In this document: positions 1 through 14,046 of the stretch, piece after piece
Layout: each line of letters begins with the position of its first letter
How positions within the stretch are numbered: the first letter of the stretch is position 1
Source of the DNA: Squalus acanthias
Lineage: Eukaryota
Direction of reading: 5' to 3'
DNA: 64,000 nt
Assembly (NCBI GenBank): GCA_030390025.1
Contig: CM059432.1
Span: forward strand, 123,444,001-123,508,000
Notes under the pieces: generated by a model
The model's input: the letters and a program-made list of their open reading frames with translations, nothing else
Databases searched by the model: none
What the model was told of the DNA's origin: nothing
Program-made: the position numbers and the translations under genes

Positions 1-2172
1 AGAATGGAGGGCAAAATGGGTTAGACATGTGGAGAAAAAACATCAGCACAGACTTGATAGGCCAAATGGCCTGTTCCTGTGCTGTAACCTGATATGAGTC
101 CCCAGCTTCTACTCCTTGTAGGTTTTTTGATCAGCTTTCCCAATGGTTGTCCTCAGCTACACTGGGCTTACATGTGAGAGGAGAGAAGGATGTTTGCCTA
201 TCACGTCCATTATGCCTCACTCCCTGAGCTCGAAGTAATGTCCTGGTCTCAGACGCTTTTCCAGGCCACCTCTCTCTGTCAGACAGTGGCCTCCCATGTC
301 CCAGGCCCACACCCGATTACTGTTTCGGGCAGCCTAACTCCATCAGGCAGTCTCCATATTTCTGTCACTGCTGGTAATATGCTGTGAGCCTGGTCACTTC
401 CCTTGGCTGCTTTTTTCTCTCAGGCAGCTGCCTACCATATCCAATACATTGCATATACCTACAACGGTCACCATGGTTCAGCGCACACCAGTGCTTGTAG
501 ACCCCATGAAATCCAACCCCCGCCACTCCCCCGCGCCCGCCCCCGTTGCCACCGCCCGAGTACTCCGAAATCCCTCGGTGGTTCAATTACTGCCTTGTAA
601 CATTTCTAACCATGAGTTATCCGACATTTAATAATGAGCTAATCTTGCGGTTTTTAAGGAGATGTGTTTGGGTTAATGACGCATTCTGATTAATTCTGCA
701 GCACAGATGAAAACAAGCACAAATGCCCCACTCTGCTGATATGTTTAATGCAACTGACACTCTCTCATTCCCTTTCCCTCCATAACAACAGTCGCTGCTC
801 CTCAAAATTAACATGTCACCTGAAGTACTTTGAGACATTTCAATGACATGACCAGGTGCTTATTTCATTTCCATTTTTTTTTGTTAAGAAATATTAGTTT
901 ACATTATGTACATTTAACATTTAAATTTAAAATGTCAAATTAATTAATTATTGATCGTGAGACCAACTAGACCCTCAGGTCCCATCGCCATGGAAACGAC
1001 CACTGCAGCACACGAGTTCTTCTTAGCAGTCATTTACAGATTAAATTACACAGGCAATGCTGCAGCCAGTGGGGATATAGAGATCTCTGGCGTTACCGGT
1101 AGAGAATCATACAGCACAGAAGGAGGCCATTCGGCCCATCGTTCCTGTGCTGGCTCTTTGAAAGAGCTATCTAATTAGTCTCATTCCCCCTGCTTTTTCC
1201 CCGTAGCCCTGCAAATCTTTCCTTTTCAAGTAAAGATCCAATTCCCAGTATACCGCTGGTATGTATACCAGCAGCGGTGAATCCATGGACACCTACTCTG
1301 GGGAACAATGTGACTCTTTGGTCACGGCACGAATGATCCTGGTTGTGGATTGAAAGGAGGTGTTGCACCTTCATCCAACCGGCAATGCGTTTCAGAATCC
1401 GGCAGTAGGAGGCAAAGTAGGGCAGATTTCAGGCTGCGCGCGTTTCAGTCTGAACTGCCTTACAACCTTTGCTTTAATCTGCCCTTTCCCATCTCATTTA
1501 CAGCAAATGTTAGGGCAGTGAGATTGCAACATCCTGTTGGATTTTTAGAATGTATGCGCTTAAAAACCTAGTCAATCGGCTGCAAAGTGACTGATTTGTT
1601 TGATGACTAGTTTGTTCCAACAGTGAATCTTGTGCATGCTGTAAAATACTGTAGGAGTTGTGACTCAGTAACATCACTAGTTCTGTGGGTGTTCTAATTT
1701 CAATTGTACTCATTCCTAAATCAGTGGAGGAAGCTCTGCATAGATCATTGCCAAGGATAAAGTATGCATGGATTAAATCTATTTATAAGAGTATTATACT
1801 TAAGCTTAATAATCAATGAAAATCTATTACAGATCAATAAGCACATTAACCTATAACCTTAGATTCTCTTGCTTCATACTCCTCTTGGCTAATTATTAAC
1901 CCACAAAGGTTACTTATAAACTTCCCTATAAAGATCACGCCTGCTGTTAATCAAAACCGTCCAGTTTCTATGACCACCTGGTAGGTTGCAGGGAAATTTT
2001 TGCATTATTGCTCAGTACTATGTCAAAAAGTAGACAGTTCAATGTTATTTTTGATGAATGACATGCATGCATTAAGTCAATGTAAACAACATTGCTTTAA
2101 TATAGTTTTACAGAACAATGTCCAGAAAATATTTTGTAGAGCTGTCAACAGTGTTGCAAGGCCAATTAAAAG

Positions 2173-2641
2173 CAAAAAAAAAGACTTGCATTTATATAGC
2201 GCCTTTCACAATCTCAGGATGTCTTGAAGGGATTTACAGTCAATGAAGTACTTTTGAAGTATAGTCACTGTTATAATGTAGGAAACTCGGCAGCCAATTT
2301 GCGCACAGCAAGTTCCCATAGACTATAATGTGATAATGACCAGATAATCTATTTTAGTGATGTTGACTGAGGGATAAATAGTGGCCAGGACACCAGGGCT
2401 AACTCCGCTGCTCTTCTTCGAAATAGTGCCATGGGATCTTTTATGTCCACCTGAGAGAGCAGATGGGACCTTGGCTTAACATCTCATCTGAAAGACGGCA
2501 CTTCTGACAGTGCAGCGCTCCCTCAGTACTGCACTGGAGTGTCAGCCTAGATTTTGTGCTCAAGTCTATGGAGTGAGACTTGAACCCACAATCTTCTGTC
2601 TCAGAGGCGAAGGTGCTACCAACTGAGCCACGATTGACACC
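2173..2641 (-). mobile_element. Full-length tRNA-derived SINE with Deu-like central domain (SacSINE1/AmnSINE1-related DeuSINE) and L2-like tail
   Basis: Minus strand: A box TGGCTCAGTTGG, B box GGTTCAAGTC, central GCCGTCTTTCAGATGAGATGTTAAGCC...AAAGATCCCATGGCACTATTT...GGTGTCCTGGCCA (Deu-domain-like, recognised from memory), tail GGCGCTATATAAATGCAAGTCTTT shared with the L2 fragments in this window. Confidence 0.8.
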
Positions 2642-3993
2642 GTAGAAGATGCCACAAAAGACATCTGGCACGTGCTCGCATCAATACCCTATCCAATTAT
2701 AATGTTCTTTAAAAAAAAATCATTCTTGGGACGTGGGCATCACTGGCAAGACTGGCATGTATTGCCCATCCTTAGTTGCCCTGAGATGGTGGTGGTGCAC
2801 CTTCTTCTTCAGCCTCTGCAGTCCGAGTGGTCAAGGTGCTCCCATTCATTATTAGATATCGCTAACATGGAAACCTGCTCTCACAGATGGATGCACAAAT
2901 CGGTCTTACACTGATGTACATAAGGAAAGCTCCACGCTATAAGTGGTTATGCTCTTGTATTTAATGAGAAAGATTAAAAAACAAGCAAAAGAGAGGGCTT
3001 ATGTGACCTTATTATTCTGCACAGATTCTTCACAATGTCAAAATAAATACTCCTCCAATGATTAGGTCGCCGAGGCTTTGTAAATTTATCTGGAACTCCT
3101 GTAAATTTGCTAACTTTCTAGATTTGAAAAGAACAAAATCAATTTTGTGACTTAATTATAATTGTGCTTGGCACAAACAATACAGAGCTACCCAAGAATC
3201 CTACATACAATCTGCTGACACAAATGTGAATAGTCTGAGAGTGCTGAAGTCTACTGCTCCTTCCATCTGTTATAACTTTGCATATATTCCAATCACATCC
3301 TTCCTAGAAAACATCTTCGAACAAAAACAATCTTACAAGTAAACCCTCTGGTGTTTTTTTTTCAAAAACTGAAGAAAATGCTAGTAGCAGTATAGAGCCA
3401 TTTCTGATTGATGTTGTTCTCTGGATAAGTCTGCTCTGGCTGCCAGTTGGGCGTGCACTCAGCTTTGCTCACCAACTCTGTTCCATGCCCTGTTCCAGCA
3501 CCTTTCCTTCTAGTCCTACATGTATGTGCATCAAGAAATTTCCAAGTTGTTACAATAGGCAAAATGTTCACATGAACCAGACAGCCTACTGGAAAATCAA
3601 GAGCTTCTTCTAACTATGAGGCCAGATGTAATTGATGTCATTGACTTTTTGCTATGCCAGACTCATCAACTTTTGTGTATTTATCATGAGGAGAAAGCTT
3701 TCCTATTGAATTTAAGGAGTGGCAAAGCCTTTTAATGTTTAATACAGATCAGTTACATAGGAGGGAGCTTATAGTAACTTTCTTCAACTCATCCATGACT
3801 TCCCACTAAGACGCCCATTGCTTGTGAATCCCCACCAGTGGCACAGGGTCAAGGAGAATTTTTCCCAAATACTAATTGCCAATTAACAGTCCAAACTGTT
3901 CTTTGTATTCACACAGAGGTACACTATATACGCACACTGCCTGTGCCAATTATTCTCTGAATGATTTGCATTATAATATGCTTACAGACACAT

Positions 3994-4178
3994 GGGGATC
4001 ATTTTCAACCTCGCCTCCTGGGCGGTGACCTAGTGGAGCAGGTCACTCGCCATTTATAGAACCCACTTTATTTTCATTCCATTTATTTGAATGGAACAAA
4101 AATCGGGCAGGTTCTACAATGGGTGGGCAATCCGTGCTGCCAGCTAACCGCCGGGCAGTGAAGTTGAATATTAACCCC
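3994..4178. mobile_element. Short MITE (PIF/Harbinger-like termini)
   Basis: Imperfect TIR GGGGATCATTTTCAAC ... GTTGAATATTAACCCC; internal CATTCCATTTATTTGAATGGA palindrome resembles that of other short MITEs in the window. Confidence 0.55.
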
Positions 4179-4580
4179 GTGATGTTCAGCTAGGATACAT
4201 GGAGTTGACCATGTAACAGGTATTTAATGATGTCCTTGTCATATGAAGCATGTTATGAAAGATGACAATGTGTGCAATTCTATTCTGCTGTGCTATAGAT
4301 TATAACTTTGTACTTAACATCAGTGGGCCAAGGCAAGCACAATGTATGCTGTTGGGTCCAAATTTATTTTGGCGTAGTTTCAATATCAGTGGGAAAAGTG
4401 CTGTGAGGCATTCAAAGCATCATTCATTCTCATGCCACTTTCATTCTTTTTACCTTGATCCATAGGATAGGAAGGTGCATGTGCTGCAATGTTTATAAAC
4501 AGGGCGGTGTCAGGCTTGGCTCTGGTGCACCACATGTAAAATAGGCCACTTGTGTTCAATGAAGAATGGCCTATCAGCAT

Positions 4581-5826
4581 AACCCTCTATTCCCTTCTCC
4601 CTCATATGCTTATCTAGCCTCCCCATAAATGCATCTATATTATTCGCTTCAACCACTCCCTGTGGTAGTGAGTTCCACATTCTCACCACTAACTGGTTAA
4701 AGAAGTTTCTTCTAATTCTCTATTTGATTTCTTGGTGACTACCTTATATTGATGGCCTTTAGTTTTGCTTTTCCCCACAAATGGAAACACTCTGGGCTGG
4801 ATTTTCATTGACCCATGGAGGCGGGTTTGGAGGCGTGTGGTGGGTTAAAATTGCGAAAACTGGCAGGCGGGCACAAGCCCGCCTCTATCCCGCCTCCACG
4901 CAATTTTCATTAAATCGTGTCTGCTGGTCCCGACTCCGTCCCGCCTCTAAGAGGCAGGATAGACTGTTAAGGCCCTTAACAAGCACTAGATTGCCTCTAT
5001 AATGCCATTTTGAAAGGCCTTTGTGATTTTAACCCTTTTTCTACGTGAAGCACGCCTGTTCTGAACCAGGAATGTGAAACCTGGCGGGAGCACATTTGGA
5101 TAGCTGGCTGGATGGATGGATAACATATCTGGGAGTGGTGGTGCAAAAATATCTGGGAGCAGACTTAGGGCTGCTGCTCATTTTGCATCCAGGTCCTCTC
5201 ACAGCAAAGGCCAGGCAGTCTTTGCAGACCTTCAATGTAGCAGCAATGATGACATCATCAGAGGTGACTTTCAGACTGAAAACACTAATTGGTTCATGGG
5301 TTCCCACATGCTGGAAGTCAATTGCCCAATTAGGTGAAAATCGCATCAATCTCCCACATCCAATTGCAGTCGGGTGGATAACACGAAAAGTGGATAACAC
5401 GACCCCAACCTGCCCCAGTATCAAAATCCAGCCCTCTATGTCTACTCTATCAAAACCTTTCATAATTTTAATGACCTCTATTAGGTCACCCCTCACCCCA
5501 GGCTGTTTATCCTTTCCTGATATGTATACCCTCGCATTTCTGGTATCATCCTTCTAAATCTCTTTTGTACCCTCTCCAGTGTCTCTATATCCTTTTATAA
5601 TATGGTGACCAGAATTGTACACAGTACTCCAAGTGTGGTCTAACCAAGGTTCGATGCAAGTTTAACATAACTTCTCTATTTTTCTATTCTATCTCTCTAG
5701 AAATAAACCCTAGTGCTTGGTTTGCTTTTTTATGGTCTTATTGACCTGCATCGCTACTTTTAGTGATTTGTGTATTTGTACTCCGAGATCCCTTTGCTCT
5801 TCTACTCATTTAGATTCTTATTTTCC
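4581..5826 (-). mobile_element. CR1 LINE 3' fragment, split by a MITE
   Basis: Minus-strand RGDLIEVIKIMKGFDRVD, and [19 protein letters not shown] sequence; the CR1 sequence is contiguous across the 4794-5434 insert. Confidence 0.85.
4794..5434. mobile_element. Non-autonomous PIF/Harbinger element (MITE)
   Basis: TIR GGGCTGGATTTT ... AAAATCCAGCCC; 3-bp TSD TCT at 4791-4793 and 5435-5437; interrupts a CR1. Confidence 0.85.
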
Positions 5827-6303
5827 AATGTACAGATAAATTTTGCAGTGCCCTGCCCACTGGTAGAACCTCGCACACAGCTGGAACACATTGGAAATTC
5901 GTGGCAGTGCGCCCGCTATTATACGAGATACACTAGGTACATGTGAGGCTCCGCCAGTAGTGGAAGGCCTCACAAAATGTACCCAGTGAAGTTAGCTTCA
6001 AAGAAAGTGGGGAGATAATTAGATGGAAACCTGTCATCCAAAAAAAGCATATGCAAGCACTTTTTAAAAAATTCAGGGAAAGGAGAAGAAGGGAAAGGTT
6101 GCAGGAAAGCTGGAGACAGTCCAGCTGGAGGCAGCCATTTTAAGTAGCCACCAATGGCTTCATTGTTTTGGGGGTATCAAAGTTCACGGTGGTGAAAAAG
6201 CATTGTGTTTGTCCTTTTTCCTTAAACCTACCAAAAAAAGTTCATCGGGGCAAAGTATGGTTGCAAATGGAAGCAAAGGTTATGCACTAATTCAGCTCCA
6301 TCT

Positions 6304-8597
6304 GAACACAAGAACATAAGAAATAGGAGCAGGAGTAGGCCATTTGGCCCCTTGAGCCTGCTCCGCCATTCAATAAGATCATGGCCTCAACTCCACTTCC
6401 CTGCCCGCTCCCCATAACCCTTGACTTCCCTATAGTTCAAAAATCTGTCTATCTTCACCTTAAATATATTCAACGACCCAGCCTCCACAGCTCTCTGGGG
6501 TAGAGAATTCCAAAGATTCACAACCCTCTGAGAGAAGAAATTCCTCCTCATTTCCATTTTAAATGGGTGATCCTTTATTCTGAAACTATGCCCCCTAGTT
6601 CCAGATTCCCCGAGGGGAAACATCCTCTCTGCATCTACCCTGTCAAGCCCCCTCAGAATCTTATATGTTTCAATAAGATCACCTCTCATTCTTCTAAACT
6701 CCAATTAGTATAGGCCCAGCCTGCTCAACCTTTCTTCATAAGACAACCCCCTCATCTCAGGAATCAACCTAGTGAACCTTCTCTGAACTGCCTCCAATGC
6801 AAGTATATCCCTCCTTAAATAAGGAGACCAAAACTGTACGCAGTACTCCAGGTGTGGTCTCACCAATGTCCTGTACAGTTGTAGCAAGACTTCCCTACTT
6901 TTATACTCCATCCCATGCAATCAAGGCCAACATTCCATTTGCCTTCCTAATTACTTGCTGTACCTGCTTGCTAAGTTTTTGTGTTTCATGTACAAGGACC
7001 CCCAGATCCCTCTGTACCACAGCATTTTGTAGTCTCTCTCCTTTTAAAAATAATTTGCTTTTTTATTCTTCCTACCAAAGTGGATAACCTCATATTTTCC
7101 CACATTATACTTCACCTGCCAAATTTTTGCCCACTCACTTAACCTATCTATATCCCATTGCAGATTCTTTGGGCTCGATTTTCTCATTGGGGTGGGCTGG
7201 GGTCGTGTCATCCGCTTTTCGTGTTAGGCACCCGACTCCAATTGGATGTGGGAGAATTATTCAATTTTCCCCTAATTGGCCAATTGAGTTCCAGCATGTG
7301 GGAACCCATGACCCAATTAGTGTTTTCAGTCTGAAAGTCGCCTCTGATGATGTCAGCATTGCTGCTGCATTTAAGGTCTGCAAAGACTGGGAAGCTTTTG
7401 GACTTTGCTGTGCGAGGGACCTGGAGGCAAAACAAGCAGCAGGAGACCTAAGTCTGCTCCCAGAATTTGTCATCACCACCACCATCACCACCCTCCTGCT
7501 CCAGGCTCCAAACTTCCACAACAATGGTTATGACTGCTAAAAGTTCCCCCAGAATGATGATTGATAAAATCTCCTTCTTAATGGTGGACCTGCAGCTGAT
7601 AGTCAGCAATCCAAGTGTGCTACCGCCAGGTTTCACCGTCACGTTTCAGAGGAGGCGTACATCACGTCAGAAAAGTCTTAAAATCAGAAAGGCCTCTCAA
7701 AATGGGATTATAGAGGCAAGTAAGTGGTTGTTAAGGGCCTTAAGGGTCTATCCCGCCTCTTGGAGGTGGGACGGAGACGGGATCAGAAACCACGCATTTG
7801 GGAAAATTGCTCGGAGGCGGCATGGAGGCGGGGTCGGGCCCGCCCACCATATTTTGCAATTTTAACACCCCACATGCCTCCATTCCCGCCTTCTCGGGCC
7901 TGGCAAAATCCAGCCCCTTGTGTCCTCCACACAACTTGCTTTCCCACCTATCTTTGTATCATCAGCAAATTTGGCTACATTACACTCAGTCCCTTCACCC
8001 AAGTCATTAATATAAATTGTAAATAGTTGAGGTCCCAGCACTGATCCCTGTGGCACTCCACTAGTTACAGTTTGCCAACCTGAAAATGACCCATTTATCC
8101 CGACTCTCTGTTTCCTGTTAATTAGCCAATCTTGTATCCATGCTAATATATTACCCCCAACCCCGTGAGCCCTTATCTTGTGCAGTAACCTTTTATGTGT
8201 CACCTTATTGAATGCCTTCTGGAAATTCAAATACACTACATCTACTGGTTCCCCTTTATCCACCCTGCTCGTTACATCCTCAAAGAACTCCAGCAAATTT
8301 GTCAAACATGATTTCCCTTTCATAAAACCATGCTGACTCTGCATGATTGTATTATGATTTTCTAAATATCCTGCTACTACTTCCTTAATAATGGACTCCA
8401 GCATTTTCCCAATGACAGATGTTAGGCTAACTGGTCTATGCTTTCCTGCTTTCTGTCTCCCTCCTTTCTTGAATAGGGGCGTTACATTTGCAGTTTTCCA
8501 ATCCGCTGGGACCTCTCCAGAATCCAGGGAATTTTGGTAGATTACAATTAATGCATCCACTATCTCTGCAGCCACTTCCTTTAAGACCCTAGGATGT
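6304..8597 (-). mobile_element. 5'-truncated CR1 LINE (RT and C-terminal domain), split by a MITE
   Basis: ORFs 7862-8575 (GVPQGSVLGP, FADD), 6705-6920 and 6387-6704; TTCTTATG-type tail near 6304-6320. Confidence 0.92.
7171..7916. mobile_element. Non-autonomous PIF/Harbinger element, same family as 4794-5434 but in opposite orientation
   Basis: TIR GGGCTCGATTTT ... AAAATCCAGCCC; interior is reverse-complement-similar to 4794-5434 (shared pseudo-peptide TFRLKTLIGSWVPTCW); ~3-bp TSD (TTT/CTT). Confidence 0.85.
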
Positions 8598-9189
8598 GTA
8601 ATCTGCTATTACAAGTGTCATATTACAGAATTCTGGGAGTGTCCTTATTAAATATTGCTGGGTATCTTTACAAGAAGTTAGGAATAAAATTCTCTATTTT
8701 AGCTAGAGAAATGAGAGTTGAAGAAAGTTAATTAAATTTCTCTGCAATGCAGTGGCACTGTCACCCTGCCTGCCCTGGGCATCACCACACCCGTCACTCT
8801 CTTAAAGCAACACTCACACTATTAAGCCTTCACATTACACTCTGGCTAAGAGTGCCTACAGGTCCCCTCACACCAACTGCCTTGCACAACTCCAAAACTC
8901 CTTCCTCCACTCTAACATCCTCACACCCTCACATCTCTCACTTCACCTCTCCCATCACAATTGCCAGACACTCCTTAACTGACAGCCTTATCCTCACACA
9001 CAACCTTCCATCCCCTTTAGCTTGTAGTAAAAGAAATGTTTGCTTTGAAATACACTGGGCACTTTCCTCATGGTTTATTATTTATGAGTTTTACAGCAAG
9101 TCAGGAAATAGATCATTCAGTAGGTTTAGACTTCTTCACATGGGAGAATTCCTGGCAAGGTACTGCTGGGCCAAAGAGAGCTGCTTTGG

Positions 9190-9892
9190 TATCATCTGAT
9201 AGGGCGCATAGAAGATGGTAGGGCAGAGATGCTGCCACTAGCAGTCGATCAGTCGATGAAGGCATCCTGCAGAAGCTGCCCTCTGATGCTCCTTGCAGCA
9301 GTGAGTGAGGACACGACCTGCTTTGCAGACAATCACAGACAATCCCATTCCTATTCACATATGTCGGCGACTGCTCAGACGTGTGTGCCATCGTGGCATC
9401 CTGCGCCCGAGGGAACACAGCTATCCTGGCCAAGTCCCTGGCTCTGTGCCTCTGCTGCCTGGGGGTGATGTCGAAGTTGATGAATTCGGCCGCTCAATGA
9501 AAGGGGGCATCCATCTCCTGCCGGATGCATAGCAGGGCAGCTCTCTGGTTAATGTTGCACAGATCTCCCGTGGCAGTCTGGAAGGATTCAGAGCCAGCTG
9601 TTGTCACTCTAATTGACACGGACAGAGGGGTGGAGCGAGACTGAAAATCTCCATGATGAAGTTGGCAGAGATGCCCAATGGCATCCTTGGAGAGGCACAG
9701 CCGTCAGATGCCCAGCTCCTCAGAGAGGTCTTCATCGGTCTGGTGTGGCTTGTACATGTGTTGGGGAGGGTCATATCTGGTGGGCTTCTGTTCTAAACCA
9801 TGCTGCCTGATTCTCCTGGCCTTGACATGCTGCTGTGCCACCTCCTCCTCCATTATGTTGGCATAGAGTGGTGTGCCAATGGGGAAAGCCAT
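9190..9892 (-). pseudogene. Degenerate HARBI1-like Harbinger transposase
   Basis: Stitched minus-strand frames: MAFPIGTPLY...RLCLSKDAIGHLCQL...TPLSVSIRVTTA..SFQTATGDLCNINQ...ARIAVFPRAQDA...YVNRNG; contains stops and frameshifts. Confidence 0.75.
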
Positions 9893-11715
9893 TTCCTTGT
9901 CCGATGTCGATCTGAGTGTGGGGTTGGGGGAAGTTGGGGGTCCAAACAGTTTTTTTATGGGAAGAGATGAAACCACTACAGTAAAATGAAGTGCATGTGT
10001 CAGTGATAAAAAAATATATGAAGATAGGAGTTTAAAAAGATTTTACAGAAACCTGTAATCTGTAAGTAATGTCGGTGTCCTCTTCAGCTAACCAACTCCT
10101 CACTTACACTTGTTGGAGCTGTTAAAACTGGGTTTTTTGGGGTGTAACTTTACATCCAGTGCAGGAGTGGTGCAAACCCAGGAAACTTCCAGCTACTTGA
10201 ACAGTGCAGTTATGCAAATAAGCCCTGAGGAGCATTGATGAACCGAAGCTCTGCACTGTTAAAAAGATTGAGGAAACATGTGTCCAGCACAATAATGCCG
10301 TAAATGTACCCAAATGTGCTAAAACACAATTTTCTATGATCTTTTTAGTGCACTAACGGCATAACAGTGGCATAAGTGCAGAGGAAATTCAGGGCTTACC
10401 TCTCCTAATGCTGGAAGCTTTGCAATGTTATTTTTATTACACAAGACTGTCACGTTTTCCAAAAATTGGTAATGATCAATTGTCTGGACCACTCTTTCCT
10501 GGGACTCACTCTCAGAAGGGTATACGGCAGTTCGCATTAAAGGTTTATGAAACATGGGTAGGCTTAGAGGATAGTTATATAAACTGCCATGTTAAAAGAA
10601 CATGATGCTGCAAACATTGCCTGCAGGTGAACAGTAGTACTTCACATTAAAATCTGTATGATAAGATTGTCTGTGGCAGCCTCTTAAAAGAACGAATTGT
10701 GCTGTCAGCTTGGCTTGCTTTGTGCCCATACAATAGCACTCAACCTTAACCCAACCAAGATGTTGCGTTCCCTGTTAGCTCAATGGCATTGAGTTAAGCA
10801 ATCTTGGACACCTGATTCGAGATGACTGGAGTAATATGTTTCACCCATTCACTCAGAGCAACTATCGAAATCTCTGAGCCTCTGTAAAACCACTGAAGTT
10901 TGCTTTGTGAGCTCTCCATATAGATATCTACGCAAAATCCTGGAGATTACTTTCTGTGGTTGACCACAGTAATTGATTCGGATCACCTCCATTTCACAAG
11001 TAAGCTTTAACCAACGGCCTATGGACACAGAAGCCATTTGGAATAAAATAGAAAAGCTAGAACCAGCAACTTCCATTCATAAATAAAATTAGTTTCTTGT
11101 CTCACATCAGAATGTAAAAAAAGTCGATACATCGTTGAATGTGTCAAAATAAACACGGGGCTACACAAAAGATCAAAGGTGATTCTGAAAGTACAAGAGC
11201 AAAAGGTGATTCTGAAAGTGTCTGTTCAAAGGATTTGAACACAGAGATATAAACACAAAATGCTGGAAATACTCAGCAGCTCAGGCAACATCTGTGGGGA
11301 GAAAAACAGAGTAAATGTTTCAGGTTGAAGACCCTTCGTCAGACCTGGAAAATGTTACAGATGTAACAGGTTTTGATGAAGTAGAGGCAGGAAAAGGGGG
11401 GAGAGGGAGGAAAGAACAGAAGGGAAGGTCTGTGATAGGGTGGAAGGTAGGAGAGATTAAATGAGAAAAGGGATGATGGTCCAAGGCAAAAGCGGAATGT
11501 AATGGGACAAGTAAAGAAACAAAAGATGGGTCTAGAGGAGGTGTAAATGGCAACAGAAAGACCATTACCAGCACCTGCTGTCCGAAAAGATGGGAGCAGT
11601 GGTTATGATCTGAAATTGTTGAACTCAGTGTTGAGTCTAACCAATAGGTGAGGTGCTGTTCCTCGAGCTTACGTTGAGCTTCATTAGAACAGTGTAAGAG
11701 GCCGAGGGCAGAGAG

Positions 11716-14046
11716 ATCATAGAAACATAGAAGATAGGAGCAGGAGTAGGCCATTCGGCCCCTCGAGCCTGCTCCGCCATTCGATGAGATCATGGCTGAA
11801 CATCCAAACTCAGTACCCTGTACCTGCCTTCTCCTCATATCCCTTGATACCTTTAGCTTTAAGAAATATATCTAACTCATTCTTGAATATATTTAATGAC
11901 TTGGCCTCAACTACCTTCTGTGGTAGAGAATTCCACAGGTTCACCACTCTCTGGGTGAAAAAATTCTTCCTCATTTCTGTCCTAAATGGCTTACCCCTTA
12001 TCCTTAGATTAGGACCTCTGGTTCTGGACTCTCCGACCATCGGGAACATTCTTCCTGCATCTAGTTTGTCCAGACCTGTCAGAATTTTATATGTTTCAAT
12101 GAGATCCCCTTTCATTCTTCTATACTCCAGCGAGTATAAGCCCAATCGACCCAATCTCTCCTCATATGTCATTCCTGCCATCCCAGGTATCAGCCTTGTG
12201 AATCTTCGCTGAACTCCTTCCATGGCAAGAACATCCTTCCTCAGATAAGGCGACCAAAACTGCACACAGTACTCAAGGTGTGGTCTCACCAAGGCCCTGT
12301 ACAACTGCAGCAGGACATCCCTGTTCCTATACTCAAACCCTTTCGCTATGAAACCCAACATACCATTTGCCTTCTTCACCGCCTGCTGCACCTGCATGCT
12401 TACCTTCAGCGACTGGTGCACAAGGACACCCAGATCTCGTTGCACTTCCCCTTCTCCCAATCTATTGCCATTCAGATAATAGTCTGCCTTTCTGTTTTTG
12501 ACACCAAAGTGGATAACCTCGCATTTATCCACGTTATATTGCATCTGCCACGCTTCTACCCACTCACCCAACCTGTCCAAATCATCCTGGAGTTTCTCGG
12601 TATCCTCCTCGCAGCACACACTCCCACCCAGCTTTGTGTCATCTGCCAACTTGGAGATATTACATTTAGTTCCCTTATCTAGATCATTAATGTATATTGT
12701 GAATAGCTGGGTTCCAAGGACCGATCCCTGCGGTACCCCACTAGTCACTGCTTGCCACTCGGAAAAAGACCCATTAATTCCTACTCTCTGCTTTCTGTCC
12801 GCCAACCAGTTCTCTATCCAAGTCAATACCTTGCCCCCAATCCCATGTGCCTTAACTTTACACGCTAATCTCTTATGCGGGACCTTATCGAAAGCCTTTT
12901 GAAAGTCCAAATACACTACATCTACTGGTTCGCCCTTATCTATTTTCCCAGTTACATCCTCAAAAAATTCCAGTAGATTAGTCAAGCACGATTTACCTTT
13001 TGTAAATCCATGTTGACTTTGTCCGATCCTGTCACTGTTTTCAAGTGCTCAGCTATTACATCCTTTATAATGGACTCTAGCATTTTCCCCACTACCGATG
13101 TCAGGCTTACCGGTCTGTAATTCCCCGCTTTCTCTCTACCACCCTTTTTGAATAGTGGGGTAACATTAGCTACCCTCCAATCCATGGGTACAGTTCCAGA
13201 TTCCATCGAATGTTGGAAGATGATCAGCAATGCATCTACTATTTCTAGGGCCACTTCCTTAAGTACCCTAGGATGTAGATTATCAGGACCTGGGGATTTA
13301 TCGGCCTTCAATCCCGTCAATTTCCCTAACACCATTTCCCTGCAAATACTGATTTCTTTCAGTTCCTCCCTTTCATCAGACCGTATGTTCTCCAACATCT
13401 CTGGGAGGTTATTTGTGTCCTCCTTTGTGAAGACAGAACCAAAATATGCATTTAATTGGTCAGCCATTTCTTTGTTCCCCATTATAACTTCCCCTGCTTC
13501 TGACTGCAAGGGACCTACAGTTGATTTCACTAATCTCTTTCTCTTCACATATCTATAAAAGCTCTTACAGTCAGTTTTTATGTTCCCTGAAAGCTTACTT
13601 TCATATTCTATTTTCCCCTTCTTAATTAATCCCTTTGTCCTCCTTTGTTGAATCCTAAACTGCTCCCAATCCTCAGGGTTACTGCTTTTTCTGGCCAATT
13701 TATATGCCTTCTCCTTGGATCTTATGCTATCCCTAATTTCCCTTGTTAGCCACAGTTGAGTCACCCTTTTTGTTTTATTCTTATGCCACACTGGGATGAA
13801 CAAATTCTGTAGTTCATCCATGCAGTCTTTGAATGTTTGCCATTGCCTATCCACCGTCAACCCTTTGAGTGACATTCCCCAATCAATCCTACCCAATTCG
13901 CGCCTTATACCATCGTAGTTTCCTTTATTTAAATTCAGGACCCTAGTCTCTCATTCAACTACATCACTCTCCATCCTAATGAAGAATTCTATCATATTAT
14001 AATCACTCTGACCCAAGGGGCCTCGTACAACAAGATTGCTAATTAA
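11716..14046 (-). mobile_element. 5'-truncated CR1 LINE; ORF2 with one frameshift (12982-13896 + 11810-12985)
   Basis: [58 protein letters not shown]; 3' tail at 11716-11735. Confidence 0.95.

Noticed and set aside
2560..2641. tRNA gene (also the tRNA-like heads at ~54575-54660 and ~59515-59565)
   Set aside because: A/B boxes run into SINE bodies or are truncated; no complete cloverleaf could be supported.
3473..3515. Possible 43-nt minus-strand exon (GLEGKVLEQGMEQS..)
   Set aside because: Weak polypyrimidine tract, no recognisable protein and no partner exons.
5096..5557. Apparently conserved peptide TFRLKTLIGSWVPTCW shared with ORF 7261-7524
   Set aside because: The similarity is DNA-level homology between two MITE copies and also appears in other frames.
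10399..10999. Possible exons: minus-strand ERVVQTIDHYQFLENVTVLCNKNNIAKLPALGE|gtaagc and plus-strand 10924-10999
   Set aside because: They are on opposite strands, have weak acceptors and show no recognisable homology; compatible with chance.
11175..11219. 18-bp direct repeat AAAGGTGATTCTGAAAGT
   Set aside because: A simple local duplication with no further structure.
11784..13558. Plus-strand ORFs of 130-140 aa over CR1 elements
   Set aside because: Antisense shadows of the CR1 ORF2.
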